This document shows, piece by piece, positions 31,974 through 43,195 of a stretch of DNA of 64,000 bases. The translations under genes and the position numbers were made by a program. The stretch lies in assembly GCA_965225945.1 (NCBI GenBank), contig CBDDBZ010000035.1, positions 288,001 through 352,000 of the forward strand. The letters run 5' to 3'. This DNA is from Alphaproteobacteria bacterium (lineage in GTDB: Bacteria > Pseudomonadota > Alphaproteobacteria > GCA-2731375). The first letter of the stretch is position 1; every line of letters starts with the position of its first letter. The notes beneath the pieces are model-generated. The model did not search any database and was not told where the DNA came from. It saw only the letters and a list, made by a program, of their open reading frames with translations.

Positions 31974-34129
31974 GTGCAACGGGCACAATTAACAGGCAAG
32001 GACAATCCGATAGAAAATACATCGCCGCAACGACAGACTCCGAAGTTACAAAGCATCAGCCGCCGCTTCAGTTTCGCCTTTATCGGCGTGGTGACTTTAT
32101 TGTTATTCGGTTTTGCGGCGGTCGTCATATTCATTAATGTTAGCGAAACGGAGAAGGAGTTAGAAAGACGATTGGATTATTCCTTGAATCTTTCCACGAC
32201 AAGTTTGCCCAAGGCGCTTTGGAACCTGGACAATGACGTTGTGGAAGATTTAGTTGCGGCATTATTCCTGGACCAAGCCATCATTCACGTAAGGGTTATG
32301 TGGGGAAAACAGGTCATTAGCGAGCAAACGCGGAAGAATTTTCACGGTACCGATTTCTCGGATCCCGACCGATCCTCTTCACTTATTATCAAAACGTCAG
32401 AAATTTCGGTCGAGAGCCAAAAACTGGGAACAATTCGCATCTCCATGTCCCGTGAGAGCGTCAGAAAAAAACTTATATTTAATATTGCCGGTATCGTAGC
32501 CTTGACGACTCTCATTATTTTAGGGATTTCCTGGACATCCATTGTGATCACAAAACGATATATCTCCCGGCCGCTGTCGCGGATCCAAGCATCGGCGACG
32601 TCGATTGCTCATGGTAATCTGGAAGCTCCCATCGAGATCAACGGTCGTGATGAGATCGGCACCCTGGCAAGGGACCTCAATGTCATGCGCGAATCGATCA
32701 AGGAGCTGTTTGAGGAGACTCGCGAAAGCAACGAAAAGCTAGAGGAGTACGGTCGGACCCTGGAACAGAGGGTCGAGGAGCGCACAGTGGAGCTCGCCGA
32801 AAAATCGAATACTCTCGAACAGCTCTCAAATCAGTTGGCAAAATACCTCTCGCCGCAGATCTACGATTCAATCTTTCTCAGCAAACAGGAAGTCAAGATT
32901 GCTAGCAGCCGAAAGAAGCTGACAGTATTCTTTTCCGATATAGCCGACTTCACGGAGACCGCAGATAGGTTGCAGTCGGAAGAACTGACTGAGTTACTCA
33001 ACCAATATCTCACCGAGATGTCCCAAATCGCGCTGGAATACGGTGCGACGGTAGACAAATACGTTGGCGACGCTATAGTCATCTTCTTCGGCGATCCAGA
33101 GAGCAAAGGCGTCAAGGAGGATGCTCTCGCTTGCGTTAAAATGTCTATCGCAATGCGATGGCGGATGAACGAGTTGCAACACGTCTGGCGGGACTCTGGC
33201 ATTGATAAAGCCATTGCATTGTCGGATGGGCATCCACACAGACTACAGACTACTGCACTGTTGGCAATTTTGGCAGCGAGACCCGGATGGATTACACCAT
33301 TATTGGCGGGGGCGTGAATCTCGCTTCTCGGCTTGAGACTGCGGCCACTCCGGGCGAGATCCTGATCTCATACGAAACTTTTGCTCATGTCAACGATCAG
33401 GTGGCTTGTGAGAAGCATGGAGAATTGGAAGTTAGGGGAATCTCTTATCCCGTTGTTACATACCCGGTTGATCTCCATGCTAATCTCGATGAAAAGTATC
33501 AACCCATCCACACCGAACTGTCGCATCTCAAAATCGATGCCAACCTTAATTTAAGGCTCAATTCGTGAATTGTAAGTATCAACCCATCCAGCTCACCGAA
33601 CTGTCGCAGTCTCAAAATCAGATCGCCAACCGTTTAAGTGCTTTTAATGTCGCCGCGAGCAGCGAACGGCGAGGAAGCGCCGCCGCTGACCCTGGGCAGC
33701 AATTGCGGTCTGCGGTAAGAGGCCGCGCTTCTTCGCCTTGCCGCCCCGGCCGGCTTGGAGCCCGCGCGCGCCCTTCCGGCTCCAGGACGTACTCCGACGA
33801 TCCCCTTGAGTAATTCCGGAACGCCGTGCTAGACAGGCCTTCACTACGTCGCCTACCGCTCAAAGGTCCTGCCGCAGCCCTTGCATTACCGCGCGAAACC
33901 GTTGCTGCGGACAGTCCACACCAAGCTCGATGCGGCCTTTGCGTCGCTCCGGCCCGACAGCACCGCGAGCGCCTCTGCGCGCGGTCATGCCGTCCATAAC
34001 CCAACCTCCACGAGCTTTAATGCATACAATTCACGAATTGAGCCTAATTTAATGTCGGCGAAGGAACGGCAGGAAGCTGCAATTGCTCTGCAAGAGGCCG
34101 CGGACCGCTTACTGAGGGTAATTCCATAG
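31974..34129 (+). pseudogene. Membrane HAMP-domain class III adenylate cyclase, frameshifted and interrupted
   Basis: Two TM helices, DEIGTLA, FSDIADFT, DKYVGDA, MDYTIIGGGVNLASRLE; AGACTAC duplication near 33240; tail NLMSAKERQ resumes at ~34046; start approximate. Confidence 0.8.
33555..34044. mobile_element. 490-bp element with ISL3-like ends and a garbled interior
   Basis: Perfect 20-bp TIR GGCTCAATTCGTGAATTGTA; 8-bp TSD TAATTTAA (33547-33554, 34045-34052). Confidence 0.75.
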
Positions 34130-34726
34130 ACAACTACGTCGCCTGAAACAATTGTTGCTAGATTGCGGCGGTCATGCGCAGAGCTTTAATGAGATGGTAG
34201 GACGCCGAAATAGGGATCGCAATTCTCTTTCATTCGGCGGTATATTAATTATGTCAAATGGTCTGCTGCCGAACGTAGACGGACACGTGGACAAATTCTT
34301 AGACGTGCTTTGAGTGTGCCATTTTGGGCGTTCAAGGATGACCGCAACAGCGCACGTCTCAAGCGAGGCCTGATCAAGGCGGGAATGCCCGAATGACCGC
34401 TCTTGTGCAGGTTTCTCGGATGCCTTGCCGGCATAGGGAGTGAGGCGCGGTGTTTGCCGGCGTCCGAGAAGCGCCAAGGCACGAAATCGCGGGATACAGG
34501 CGTCGCTATGGGGATTTGAGCGTGGCGTCGATGGTGGTGTCGTCTGGACCACCCGCATATGGGGCGTGAGGCGCCATAAGGAGATCGTCGAGCGCGGTGA
34601 AGCGTTGCCGAGGGGGGCACGAGCGGGGCCGGGGCGGCCAACGATGCCGCCGTTTTCGGTGTCCCGGGCGAGCGAAGTCGAGCGCCGAGGCTCGGCGGGG
34701 AAGGTGGCTGATGTTTTGGGTCGGTG

Positions 34727-35969
34727 TCATGAGCTATCGATGGCCTTCGGCGGTGAACGGGCCTTTGGTTGACAGCCGGCCTCGAAGACCTCGACGACGA
34801 TCATGGGACCGCCACAACGGGGGCACGGTCGGGCGCCCTGGCGTTGTTCCTCGGGAGGCTCCGAGGCCTCTTCCTCGCTGGCGTCGGGCGCCGGTGGTCC
34901 GCCGAGCAGTTCGCGAGCGCGTTTTATGTTGGCGGCGCGGTTGCCGTTTGCAAAGAGGCCGTAGTGTCGGATGCGGTGGAAGCCCTTGGGCAGGACGTGC
35001 ATGAGGAAGCGGCGGATGAACTCCGCGACATCGAGGGTCATGGTCCCGTAGCGCTCGGCGCCGTCGCGGCGGTAGTCCTTGCAGGTGAAGGTAACGGCGC
35101 CGTTGTCGAGGCGGAGCAAGCGGCGGTTGGAGATGGCGACGCGGTGGGTGTATCGGGCGAGGTAGGCGAGCACGGCCTCGGGCCCGCCGAAGGGGCGCTT
35201 GGCATAGACGACCCATTCACTCTTGCGCATGGGTGCGAGGAAGGTGCCGAACGCCGCCGGTTCGGCGAGGCCCGCGTGCTCGGCGAAGAACTTCAGACGT
35301 TCGGTCTCGTGGGCGGCGGCGAGCTTCTCGATGAAGAGCCGGCGGAAGAGGCGCGAGAGCACGCGGACGGGCAAGAAGAAGCCGGGCCGGCAGGCAATCC
35401 ATTCCGTGCCGTCCGGAGAGACCCCGCCGCCGGGCACGATCATGTGGATGTGTGGTGAGGCGCCGGTGCGCCATCGGTCCGAGCACGGCGCCGTAAAGCG
35501 TCATGGCCGAGCCCCAGGTGTGGAGCACGGCGGTGATGCCGATCTTGGCGCCGAGGTGCTTTGGATCGGCGGCGATGGTGATCATGGTCTCGGCGCTCGC
35601 CTTGAACAGGATGTCGTAGACGACGGCCTTGTTCTGGTACGCGATGTCGGCGATCGCCGCCGGCAGGGTGAAGACGAGATGGTAGTAGGGGACGGGCAGT
35701 AGTTCGGCCTCGCGCTCGGCCAACCAGTCCCGGGCCGCCGCCCCCTGGCACTTGGGGCAATGGCGGTTGCGGCACGAGTTGTAGGCGATCTGGGTGTGCT
35801 CGCAGTCCTCGCAGGCCAAGACGTGCCCGCCGAGCGCGGCCGTGCGGCAGCGCTCGATGGCGCTCATGACCTTCAGCTGTTGCAAGCTCACGTGGCCGGC
35901 ATTGGCCCGACGCCAGGCGGGGCCGAAGTCGCGGAAGATATCCGCGACCTCCAACCCATGGGCTGTCAC
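34727..35969 (-). pseudogene. IS91-family (Y2/HUH) transposase, frameshifted
   Basis: NSCRNRHCPKC, VLHTWG, PHIHMIVPGGG, YLARYTHR, HVLPKGFHRIRHYG; ~40-bp insert near 35455-35500. Confidence 0.85.
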
Positions 35970-35982
35970 GACCCGGCGGCGC

Positions 35983-36894
35983 TTACCCCGACGGCTTGGC
36001 CTTCTTCCGCTTCTTGCCACCGGGCTTGGACAAGAGATCCAGCGGACTCTCGATGGCGGCGATGGCGCCGGTCGCGACCCGGGTATAGCGCGCCGTGGTG
36101 TCGAGCTTGTCGTGGCCCAAAAGCGCTTGGATGTAGCGAATGTCGGTGCCGCGCTCGAGCAAGTGGGTGGCGAAGGAATGCCGCAACGAGTGCGGCGTCA
36201 CGTGCTTGGTGATCCCGGCGGCGGCCACCGCCTCCTCGAACAACCGGCTGAACTGCCGGGTCGTGGCGTGCCGCCCCGCCTCGCGACCGGGGAAGAGCCA
36301 GCGCTGTTGCGGAGGCACGCCCGCGTCGTGGCGGGTCGGGCGGGCCCGCCACCATTGCCTGAGCAACGCCAGCAGTCCCTTCGACAGCATCACGTTACGG
36401 TCCTTGCGGCCCTTGCCCTGGACGATACGGATGATGCCTTGGGCGCTGTCGATGTCGCCGACGCGCAAGCGCACCACCTCGCCCGCTCGCATGCCACAGC
36501 CATAGGCGAGCGAGAGCAGCGCGCGGGTCTTCAGGTTCCGGGCCATCACCAGGAGACGCTTGGCCTCGTCCTGGCTCATCACCTTCGGCAGCCTTTGCGG
36601 CTCGCGGATGTGGAAGATCTCCGCCGCGAGATCGAGCCGTCGCAAGGTCACGCGGAACAGAAAACGGAGCCCGGTCATGGTCCGGTTGCGGTTGCAGATG
36701 CTCATCCCGCTCTCCGCCAGATGAACTTGGAAGCGGCGGACGTCCTCGGCCACGGCGGTATCGGGCGAGCCATCCAGAAACACGGCAAAGCGCTCGCAGC
36801 CGCGGAGGTGGCCCTTCTGCGTGCCCGCCACCAGCTTGCGGGCGTTCATGTCCTCGATCATGCGCTGGCGCAATGGGGTCATCGTCGTCGTCAC
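35983..36894 (-). CDS. Tyrosine recombinase associated with the IS91-like transposase
   Basis: YGCGMR, GKGRKDR, HSLRHSFATH, LLGH, TTARY. Confidence 0.92.
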   Translation of the reverse strand: MTTTMTPLRQRMIEDMNARKLVAGTQKGHLRGCERFAVFLDGSPDTAVAEDVRRFQVHLAESGMSICNRNRTMTGLRFLFRVTLRRLDLAAEIFHIREPQRLPKVMSQDEAKRLLVMARNLKTRALLSLAYGCGMRAGEVVRLRVGDIDSAQGIIRIVQGKGRKDRNVMLSKGLLALLRQWWRARPTRHDAGVPPQQRWLFPGREAGRHATTRQFSRLFEEAVAAAGITKHVTPHSLRHSFATHLLERGTDIRYIQALLGHDKLDTTARYTRVATGAIAAIESPLDLLSKPGGKKRKKAKPSG

Positions 36895-37410
36895 GGAGAT
36901 GCTCCTTCCTGAGTTGAGGTCGACGAGACCTCAATGATCAGGAACGAGCGCTCGAAGTGTTATCGATGAAATCCACGGCGGTGGCTGGGCGCGCCATGAC
37001 CCCTCACCCACGAAATATCGCGTAGCGATTTAGTGCTATGGCTATACCACGACTCGGCCTCTCGGGCTCGGTTCGTCTGCTTTCACTGTGTACGGACATG
37101 TCGTACCGTGCCGAGTCGCGAATATGTTCCCGTCCTGGTAGGTGCTCAACAACGGTGGTTTTTGAGCGCCTCCGGCGATCGGTGGAAATCTGCCGATTCT
37201 GCCGGGTCAATTCCCCCTATCAAAACCTCAGGGCTCTCAGGCCCTTCAGCCAGCTCTTCCGGGAGGGTCAACCCCTTAATATTAGTACTAGATAATGTCA
37301 TGAGGAGTCCCGAGAGTATATCAGACATGATTGCGAGTTCGAACGCCAACGCCGAAGTCAAGCATCCATGCCGATGATCGGAATTCCGTCGGCGCCTCCG
37401 GCGTCGCCGG

Positions 37411-37863
37411 CTAGAGAAACGGCGCCATGCCCTCGCGCGCGAGTTGGTCGGCCGCCTCGTTGCCGGGATCGCCGGCGTGGCCCTTGACCCAGCGCCAATC
37501 GATCTCGTGGTCGGCGGCGAGCGTATCGAGGCGCCGCCAGAGGTCGGCGTTCTTCACCGGCTTCCTGTCGGCGGTGCGCCAGCCGTTCCGCTTCCAGCCG
37601 TGGATCCACGTCGTGATGCCTTTCTCGAGATAGACGCTGTCGGTATAGAGCCGCACCCGACAGGGCCGCTTCAGCGCCTCCAGCGCCCGGATCGCCGCCA
37701 TCATCTCCATCCGGTTGTTGGTGGTCGCGGCCTCGCCGCCGCAGATTCGCTTCTCGTGTTCGGCCGAGTGAAGCAGCACGCCCCAGCCACCCGGCCCCGG
37801 ATTGCCGGAGCACGCGCCGTCGGTGTGGATGGTGACGTCGGCGAGGCCCGCCTCGGTGGTCAT
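37411..37863 (-). CDS. rnhA: Ribonuclease HI
   Basis: [29 protein letters not shown]. Confidence 0.96.
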   Translation of the reverse strand: MTTEAGLADVTIHTDGACSGNPGPGGWGVLLHSAEHEKRICGGEAATTNNRMEMMAAIRALEALKRPCRVRLYTDSVYLEKGITTWIHGWKRNGWRTADRKPVKNADLWRRLDTLAADHEIDWRWVKGHAGDPGNEAADQLAREGMAPFL

Positions 37864-37868
37864 CGCGG

Positions 37869-38831
37869 TCAATCGAGCCCGTAGGCGCCGGTGCTGGTCA
37901 CCTGGCGGTGAAAGCGGAGGCGGGCGAGGTATTCGAGCGGGTCCTTGGGCTTGACCAGGGCGCCCTCCACCTGGTTCAACAAATCGTAGAGGCGGGTCAG
38001 CAAGAAGCGGAGCGCGGCGCCCCGCGCCAGCATCGGCAGGGCCGCCAACTCGCGCGGTTCCAGGTCCCGAACCCGGCGATAACCGGCCAGGAGACGTCGC
38101 GCCTTGGTGATGTTGAATTCGACGTTGTGCTCGAAACACCAGGCGTTCAGACAGATCGCGATGTCGTAGGCCAGCGCGTCGTTGCAGGCGAAATAGAAGT
38201 CGATCAGGCCCGATAGCGAAGCGTCCAGGAAGAAGACGTTGTCGGGAAAGAGGTCGGCATGGATTACGCCGTTCGGCAGATCCTCGGGCCAGGCGTCTTG
38301 CAGGACCTCGAACTCGCCGATGATTTCCCGCCGCAGGCCGGCGCGCACCTCGTCGGCGCGATGCGCGGTCTCCGCGACCAGGCCGGCCCAGCCCTCGAGC
38401 GATAGCGCGTTGGCGCGGCGAACCGGATAGTCGCGCCCGGCGAGATGCATTCGCGCGAGCGCGGCGCCGAGCGCCTCGCATTGCGATGGGCTCTGGCGGC
38501 GCGGCCAGTTGCCCTGGAGGAAGGTGCAGATCGCGGCGGGCTTGGAGACGAGGCGACGGAGCGCCTCGCCGTCGCGCGCGCTCACCGGCAGCGGGCAGGG
38601 CACGCCCTTGGCGCTCAGATGGCCGATCAGGCCCAGGAAGAACGGCAGGTCGGCCTCCGCCACGCGCTTCTCGTAGATCGTCAGGATGTAGAGGCCCTGG
38701 TCGGTCTGCAACAGGAAGTTGGAGTTCTCCACGCCCTCGGCGATGCCCTTGCAGGCGATCACCCGGCCGATGTCATATTCGGCCAGGAAAGTGGCGAGTT
38801 CGTCGTCCGATACGTCCGTGTAGACGGCCAT
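37869..38831 (-). CDS. thrB: Homoserine kinase (type II)
   Basis: [34 protein letters not shown]. Confidence 0.95.
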   Translation of the reverse strand: MAVYTDVSDDELATFLAEYDIGRVIACKGIAEGVENSNFLLQTDQGLYILTIYEKRVAEADLPFFLGLIGHLSAKGVPCPLPVSARDGEALRRLVSKPAAICTFLQGNWPRRQSPSQCEALGAALARMHLAGRDYPVRRANALSLEGWAGLVAETAHRADEVRAGLRREIIGEFEVLQDAWPEDLPNGVIHADLFPDNVFFLDASLSGLIDFYFACNDALAYDIAICLNAWCFEHNVEFNITKARRLLAGYRRVRDLEPRELAALPMLARGAALRFLLTRLYDLLNQVEGALVKPKDPLEYLARLRFHRQVTSTGAYGLD

Positions 38832-38851
38832 GGCGCGACGCGGGAGGGCGG

Positions 38852-39802
38852 CTATAGGGGCTCGCGCAGCTCGCGCGGCAGCTTGAAGAACACGTCCTCC
38901 TCGGCGACCGTGATTTCCTCCATCTCGATGGCGCGTCGATCGCGTAGCACGTCGATAACTTCCTCGACCAGGACCTCCGGGGCCGAGGCGCCGGCGCTGA
39001 TGCCGATGGTGTCGGCGCGCTCGATTTGCGCCCAGTCGAGATCGCCGGCACGTTCCACGAGATAAGCGTCCTCGCAGCCCGACTTCCGCGCCACCTCCAC
39101 CAGGCGGAGCGAATTGGAGGAATTCGGCGAGCCGATGGCGAGGAAGAGGTCGCAGCGCTCGGCGATCCGCTTCACCGCGGCCTGCCGGTTGGTGGTGGCG
39201 AAGCAGATGTCCTCCTTGCGCGGCCCGGCGATGGTGGGGAAGCGGTGGATCAGGGCGGCGATCATGTGCGCCGTCTCGTCGACGGAAAGCGTGGTCTGGG
39301 TGATGTAGGCGAGCTCGCGGTCCTCGGCCGGCTCCAGCGCCTCCACGTCGTCGGCCGATTCGACCAGCGTGATCGCGCCGGCCGGAAGCTGGCCGATGGT
39401 GCCGACCACTTCGGGATGACCGGCATGGCCGAGCAGGATCACGTGGCGGCCGTTGGCGAAATGATGCTCGGCCTCGCGGTGCACCTTGGAGACCAGGGGA
39501 CAGGTGGCGTCGATGTAGTAGAGGTTGCGATTCGCGGCGTCCACCGGCACCGACTTCGGCACGCCGTGGGCGGAGAAGATCACGTTCGCGCCCGGCGGCA
39601 CCTCCTCCAGCTCCTCGACGAAGATGGCGCCGAGCGCCTCCAGGCTCTCCACCACGTGGCGGTTGTGGACGATTTCGTGGCGCACGTAGATCGGCGCGCC
39701 GAAGCGTCCGATCGCCAGCTCGACGATCTGAATCGCCCGGTCGACGCCGGCGCAGAAGCCGCGCGGCGCGGCCAGGAGAATCTTCAACGGTCGCTTGTCC
39801 AT
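38852..39802 (-). CDS. ispH: 4-hydroxy-3-methylbut-2-enyl diphosphate reductase
   Basis: [33 protein letters not shown]. Confidence 0.97.
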   Translation of the reverse strand: MDKRPLKILLAAPRGFCAGVDRAIQIVELAIGRFGAPIYVRHEIVHNRHVVESLEALGAIFVEELEEVPPGANVIFSAHGVPKSVPVDAANRNLYYIDATCPLVSKVHREAEHHFANGRHVILLGHAGHPEVVGTIGQLPAGAITLVESADDVEALEPAEDRELAYITQTTLSVDETAHMIAALIHRFPTIAGPRKEDICFATTNRQAAVKRIAERCDLFLAIGSPNSSNSLRLVEVARKSGCEDAYLVERAGDLDWAQIERADTIGISAGASAPEVLVEEVIDVLRDRRAIEMEEITVAEEDVFFKLPRELREPL

Positions 39803-39962
39803 CAGCCTCGCTCCCGCCCCTTGGCGCCGTCCGACGCCGGCCTCCTCGCGCGCTTGTACCCCGGCGGCGATCCGGCCTATGGTGGCCGCCGTCCCGCGGG
39901 GCTCCGGGCCGCCGCGCCCGGGTTCTTCTAATACAGGCGGGCATCCAAGGAAAGGGGAACCG

Positions 39963-40202
39963 ATGAGCGAGCCGGTCGTGGCACAGAAGTCACCCTTCGA
40001 GTTCGAGGTCGAGGAGGGGAGGAGCTATTGGTGGTGTGCCTGCGGCAAGAGCGCCAATCAGCCGTTCTGCGACGGCTCGCACAAGGACACCGAATTCACG
40101 CCGCTTCCCTACAAGGCGAAGCGCAGCCGCGCGGTCTATTTCTGCGGCTGCAAGAGGAGCGGTAATGCCCCGCTTTGCGACGGCACTCACAACGACCTCT
40201 AG
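39963..40202 (+). CDS. CDGSH iron-sulfur protein (two motifs)
   Basis: WCACGKS..PFCDGSH and FCGCK..PLCDGTH. Confidence 0.9.
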   Translation: MSEPVVAQKSPFEFEVEEGRSYWWCACGKSANQPFCDGSHKDTEFTPLPYKAKRSRAVYFCGCKRSGNAPLCDGTHNDL

Positions 40203-40312
40203 GACATGATCCCGGGGCTTATACCAACCGCCATGAATGGCGACCTCCCGCGCCGCCCGGGAGCTATGTCCGCTGCTATTATCCGCTCGCGAGACGCTCC
40301 AAGTGGGCGGAC

Positions 40313-40840
40313 ATGACGTCGCTCACGCGCGCCGGCGCCGTGGCGGGTCTGCTCGCGCTGCTCGCCGGTTGCGGCGTCTTCGACAAGGAACCGCCCAAAC
40401 CCTGTCCCGTCGTGCTGGTGCTGAAGGATGCGGCCGAGGTCGTCCGCTATCGGCCGGGACCGGGCCGCGACCTGCTCGACGTCGCCTACCGGGCCGGCTT
40501 CGGCGAGAACAAGCTCGAATGTCGTTACAAGGGCAATCGGCTCGGCGTCGCGCTCGACGTCGAGGTGGTGGTGGAGCGCGGCCCCGGAGCGGAGGCGGCG
40601 GAGGCGCGGATACCTTACTTCGTCGCTGTGCTGAACGAACGCCAAAAGGTTCTCGCCCGCGAGGTCTTCGAGGCACGTGTCGTCTTCGAGGAGGGTCGGC
40701 GGCGCGGCATTGCGAAGGAAGAGCTGACCCAGCGTTTTCGCCTCGAGGACTTTCAGACCGGCGCCAACTTCGAGATCGTCATCGGCTTCGAACTCGATCA
40801 GAGCGAATTGGACGAAAACCGCCGCCGCCAGCGTCGCTAG
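40313..40840 (+). CDS. Hypothetical lipoprotein
   Basis: LLAGC lipobox after a hydrophobic N-terminus. Confidence 0.7.
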   Translation: MTSLTRAGAVAGLLALLAGCGVFDKEPPKPCPVVLVLKDAAEVVRYRPGPGRDLLDVAYRAGFGENKLECRYKGNRLGVALDVEVVVERGPGAEAAEARIPYFVAVLNERQKVLAREVFEARVVFEEGRRRGIAKEELTQRFRLEDFQTGANFEIVIGFELDQSELDENRRRQRR

Positions 40841-41265
40841 CCCTGGATTACCGTCGGGGTCCAGAGGCCGAGGCGGCGTCGCACCCGATGCTCCGCCGTC
40901 TCGCTCTGATAGTGCGCCGGCGTCGCCGCCTCGGGAAAGTCGTGGGCGGCGTCGAACCAGCGGGTGTTGAGGGTGGCGTAGCCGTGCCCGTCGTCGGCCT
41001 CGAAATAGGCACCCATATAGGCGCCGCAGTCGCGACAGATCAGGAAGTCGGCCGTGCGGAGCCCGAATTGGTAGCGCTGGAGCCTCGAAGCCGCCCTCGC
41101 GGTGATCCTCGCCCGGCCGCCGTTGTCGCTCGTGGTGCGCGCGCCGTGGCCCCGACAGAAGCTGCAATCGCACGCGCGAACCCCCAGCTCGTCCGGGCTC
41201 TTGGCGCTTTCGAGCACCACTTCGATGGCGCCGCAGTGGCAGCGCCCGCCGTAAGCTCCCGTCAT
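40837..41265 (-). CDS. GFA/CENP-V family Zn protein
   Basis: GRCHCG, CDCSFC, CRDCG. Confidence 0.85.
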   Translation of the reverse strand: MTGAYGGRCHCGAIEVVLESAKSPDELGVRACDCSFCRGHGARTTSDNGGRARITARAASRLQRYQFGLRTADFLICRDCGAYMGAYFEADDGHGYATLNTRWFDAAHDFPEAATPAHYQSETAEHRVRRRLGLWTPTVIQG

Positions 41266-41397
41266 CGTGCCCTCCCCCGATCGAGGCCTCGAAGGCTGGT
41301 GATTGTAAAGCCAATTCGCGCCGCCGACGAGCTGGATCGGAATTGCGCCGGAGGCTATATGAAACGGCGTTTCGAGGACCACGACGGGGATCGAGTG

Positions 41398-41880
41398 ATG
41401 GACATACCGGCGCCGTTCGACGCCTATCGCGACGTCGTTCACGAGGATTGGATCGACTACAACGCCCATATGAACATGGGCTACTACATGGTGGTCTTCG
41501 ACTTCGCGACCGATGCCTGGTTCGATTATCTCGGGCTCGACCGGGCGCATCGCGACCGGCACCGGATCACCACCTTCACCGTCGAGGGCCACATCAACTA
41601 CATTCGCGAGCTCCGGGCCGGGGCGCCGCTCCGCTTCACCACGCGCCTGCTCGACTTCGACGCCAAGCGGATCCATTACTTCCACGAGATGTATCACGGG
41701 GAAGAGGGCTATCTCGCCGCGACCAACGAGTTGATGACGCTCCACATCTCCGAGGCGACCCGCCGCTCAGGCCCGATGCACGACGACATTCTGGAATGGC
41801 TGGCGGCGATCAAGGCGCGCCACGATGGGCTGGCGCCCGCGCCGCAGGTCGGCCGACGCGTGGGAATCGGCGCCGGCTAG
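41398..41880 (+). CDS. Hotdog-fold thioesterase
   Basis: WIDYNAHMNMGYY, DFDAKRIH. Confidence 0.8.
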   Translation: MDIPAPFDAYRDVVHEDWIDYNAHMNMGYYMVVFDFATDAWFDYLGLDRAHRDRHRITTFTVEGHINYIRELRAGAPLRFTTRLLDFDAKRIHYFHEMYHGEEGYLAATNELMTLHISEATRRSGPMHDDILEWLAAIKARHDGLAPAPQVGRRVGIGAG

Positions 41881-41969
41881 GCCGCCACCTGAAAGCCCGG
41901 GGCAAATCGTGCGGCCGTTGCACCGGCGCGCGCAACGTGGTGGCCTTGCCTGCTTTGTCGATCGACTGA

Positions 41970-43064
41970 TCAGGCCGCCTGGCCGAAGTCGATGACCGTG
42001 CGGATGACCTTGCCGTCCTTCATCGCCTGGAAGCCCTCGTTGATCTCCGCCAGAGGAATCGTGTTGGAGATCCAGTCGTCGAGGTGCAGGCGGCCCTGCA
42101 AGTAGAGCTCGATCAGCCTGGGCATGTCGACCCGGAAGCGGTTGGAGCCCATGGAGGAGCCCTGGATCTTGCGTTCGCGCAGGAAGTCGAAGCCGTGCAG
42201 CTCGATCTTCTGGCCGAAGGGCACCATGCCGACGAGCGTCGCCGTGCCGCCGATCCCCAGCATGGCGAAGGACTGCTCCGCCGTCTCCTTGAGGCCGAGG
42301 CATTCGATCGCGTGATGCACGCCGCCGCCGGTCAGCTCCTTGATTCGCTCCACCGGATCGCCGTCGGCCGGGTTGATGACCTCGGTCGCGCCGAGCTTGG
42401 TGGCGAGCTGCAGCTTCACGGGGTTGGTGTCGACGGCGATGATCCGGCCCGCGCCGGCGACATGGGCGCCGTTGATCGCCGCCATGCCGACGCCGCCGCA
42501 GCCGATCACCGCCACCGTCTCGCCGTATTTGACCTGGGCCGTGTTGACCGCCGCGCCGAAGCCGGTCATGACGCCGCAGCCGATCAGCGCCGCGCGGTCG
42601 AGCGGCATGTCCTTGCGGATTTTCACGATCGCGTTCTCGTGCACCAGCATCTGCTCGGCGAAGCTGGAGAGGTTGGTGAAGGTGTGGAGCTGGTCCGGCT
42701 TCTCCCACTCGAAGCGCTCGGCCTTGCCGGGCGGCAGTTTGACGTCGGTGTCGAGGCAGAGGTTGGGCCGGCCGGTGGTGCAGTTCTCGCAAACCCCGCA
42801 GAACACCGAGAGGCAGGTGACCACATGGTCGCCCGGTTTCACGTAGCTCACCTCGGAGCCCACCTGTTCGACGATGCAGGCGCTCTCGTGGCCCAGCACC
42901 ACCGGCAGGGGGTGGGGAAAGAGCCCCTCGATGAAGTGAAGGTCGGAGTGGCAGAGCCCGGCGACCGCGGTCCGCAGCAGCACCTCGCGGGCCGTCGGTT
43001 TGCGGACACCGACGTCCTCGATAACCAGTGGGGTGTTCACTTCGTATAGGACGGCGGCTTTCAT
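41970..43064 (-). CDS. Zn-dependent alcohol dehydrogenase
   Basis: LCHSD, GHES, structural Cys cluster, GCGGVG. Confidence 0.92.
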   Translation of the reverse strand: MKAAVLYEVNTPLVIEDVGVRKPTAREVLLRTAVAGLCHSDLHFIEGLFPHPLPVVLGHESACIVEQVGSEVSYVKPGDHVVTCLSVFCGVCENCTTGRPNLCLDTDVKLPPGKAERFEWEKPDQLHTFTNLSSFAEQMLVHENAIVKIRKDMPLDRAALIGCGVMTGFGAAVNTAQVKYGETVAVIGCGGVGMAAINGAHVAGAGRIIAVDTNPVKLQLATKLGATEVINPADGDPVERIKELTGGGVHHAIECLGLKETAEQSFAMLGIGGTATLVGMVPFGQKIELHGFDFLRERKIQGSSMGSNRFRVDMPRLIELYLQGRLHLDDWISNTIPLAEINEGFQAMKDGKVIRTVIDFGQAA

Positions 43065-43195
43065 CGTTTCCCTCCCTCTCGGCGCGTGATCCGGTTTCCG
43101 AGCCGAGGTTAGCGCGGATGGCGGGGCGACCGCCAGCCTTGCCCCGGAGCGCGGCGTCGGCGATGATTTCGCACCTGACCCCGAGGCGAGGCGGC

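Noticed and set aside
28725-37000. Prophage
   Set aside because: No structural, packaging or lysis genes; the integrase belongs with the IS91-like transposase
37411-39944. Apparent long fusion ORFs (37869-39944, 37411-38481; also 668-2281, 40237-41880, 49780-51846)
   Set aside because: N-terminal extensions overlap real genes in other frames; true starts are internal
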